Origin: Sphagnum compactum
Lineage: Eukaryota
Assembly (NCBI GenBank): GCA_965153455.1
Contig: OZ234494.1
Coordinates: forward strand, 6,696,001 to 6,760,000
DNA length: 64,000 bases
Direction of reading: 5' to 3'
In this document: one piece after another, positions 62,360-64,000 of the stretch
Position numbering within the stretch: position 1 is the stretch's first letter
Layout: the number at the start of each line of letters is the position of its first letter
The notes under the pieces: generated by a model
What the model saw: only the letters and a program-made list of their open reading frames with translations
Told to the model about the DNA's origin: nothing
Databases searched by the model: none
Made by a program: the position numbers and the translations under genes

Positions 62360-63280
62360 TTGTGCAATACCTACATCCTTTCTATTATAATTTCCATAAG
62401 GCCATTTCAAATATGCAATACCCACATGTAGGTCTCGTAAATAGTTGCTGGTTTTTTTAATCCATTGTAATACCTGCATATAGTTCTTGTAAATATTTGC
62501 TGGTTTTTTTAACATCCATAATACTCACATATAGGTCTAATAGTTGATTTTTTTAACATCCATTACAACACCCCCATATAGGTCCATAAATAGTTGCTAA
62601 TTTTTAACATATTTTGCCATACTTGCATATAGGTTTCCATTGTAATATTTATGGAACTCATATGAGAGAATAATTTAGTTTAAGTATCAACAAATAATGT
62701 CATAATTAAAGAATTACTAAAAATTTATTTTAAATAATGTAAATGATTGATTATCATATTTAAACAATCATTTATTTCTTAATAATTAACTGATTATTTG
62801 GTTGAACTTTAATTATTCTGATAATTAAAATTTAGATCTAAAAGTGAAATCAATAATTTAATATTTAATTTATTATCTTAATTATATTTTTTATGTTAAT
62901 AAGTTATTCAAATCATTATTTTAGATAACTATTCATGATAATTAATTGTCATAAAATTAATTTAGGTATATAATGAGACATATTTTGGGTACCCAAACCA
63001 CTTATTTTGAAGTGACCTTACATGTGGGTATTGCATTTAGGGTTGATTATTCACCTAAGGTTGTCTAAATCACCTATGGATTATTTCAAAATGAACTTGC
63101 ATGAAGGTATTGCATATAAGCTTTGGTTTTCATTGAAAGGCCATCCAAACTATATACTAGATATTTTGAAATGACCCTACATGTGGGTATTGCATTTAGG
63201 GTTGGGTTTACACCTCAGGTTACCTAAATTACCTAAAGGTTATATCAAAACAAACTTGAATATGGGTATTGCATTTAGGA
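62360..63280. repeat. Inverted arrays of gcaatacccacatgtaggtc motifs around an AT-rich core
   Basis: About 55-60-bp tandem units at 62410-62640 carry caatacccacatgtaggtc. The reverse complement gacc(t/c)tacatgtgggtattgc occurs at ~63014 and ~63174 within ~160-bp tandem units. Confidence 0.7.
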
Positions 63281-64000
63281 AAACGTAAAAAAAAAGGTAT
63301 ATGTTTTACCATTTGGTAATATTTCCAAGTTAAGTTTTTTCATTTTTAAAAAATATATATAAAATGACATTGCATTGTTTTACATATGTTTAAGCCTTAA
63401 AAATTTCACCCAAAATGCACCTTAGATTTATTTTAATTATTGTAGACTTATAAAAAAATGTTAATTAATTTATATGTCCTAAACTCTAAACCTAAACCAT
63501 AATTCTAACATTAAGTAATAAATTTTACATTAAACCCTAACCCCTTGTATCATCAATGTGATCAATTTTGCATTATGTTCATTTTTATATATGTTAAATC
63601 ATACTATAAGTGAATAAATAATTTTGAAAACATGAATTTAATGATGTATTGGCAGGGAATCAAATATTTAAAAAATATTTTTATGTTTCATGGTGAATGA
63701 ATTATCACAATATGATATGGGTATTGCATTTAAACAAAAGTGGTTAAGAAATATTGAACTTTAATAATTATGAAACATATGCAAACAAAGGAGATTCATA
63801 ATTATGTTATAGATCTAAACAAATGATAAAATCAAAAACCAATACAATGAACAAAGTCTAGAGTATAAACCTTAAGCTTTGATATATATGAACCAAATTC
63901 CTAAACATTAAATCATACGGCATAACCCTAAAAATCCAAATTATATTTTTCCATAAGCCTTATTACAACCCTAACTATACAAAGTATACAAATTATATAA

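Noticed and set aside
60995..62640. CRISPR-like repeat-spacer arrays
   Set aside because: The units are fully repeated with no unique spacers, the context is eukaryotic, and there are no cas genes.

Overview
AT-rich, intron-containing eukaryotic nuclear DNA. An intact flagellar DRC3 gene next to a plant-type MCM6 points to a land plant with motile sperm; a moss, possibly Sphagnum-like, is my inference. Three host genes are supported: DRC3/LRRC48 (- strand, 18177-24047, 14 exons, with one clear AT-AC U12 intron and a likely GT-AG U12 intron); a PWWP-domain gene (- strand, ~32525-35264) with an apparent 2-nt frameshift at the start of the domain; and MCM6 (+ strand, 49943-58636, ~18 coding exons, E2F site in its promoter). 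The rest is layered transposon debris: a CACTA-type element, a degraded Ty3/Gypsy into which a chromodomain Gypsy (3' LTR and PPT preserved) has inserted, hAT-type MITEs with 8-bp TSDs, tandem arrays, a degenerate Crypton-like tyrosine-recombinase gene, and a Penelope-like retroelement 3' fragment with a hammerhead-like structure inside an MCM6 intron. I found no CRISPR array, rRNA gene or intact tRNA, and no convincing novel multi-gene system. The most unusual items are the Crypton-like and Penelope-like elements in a plant and the minor-spliceosome introns. All alignments and translations were done by eye.
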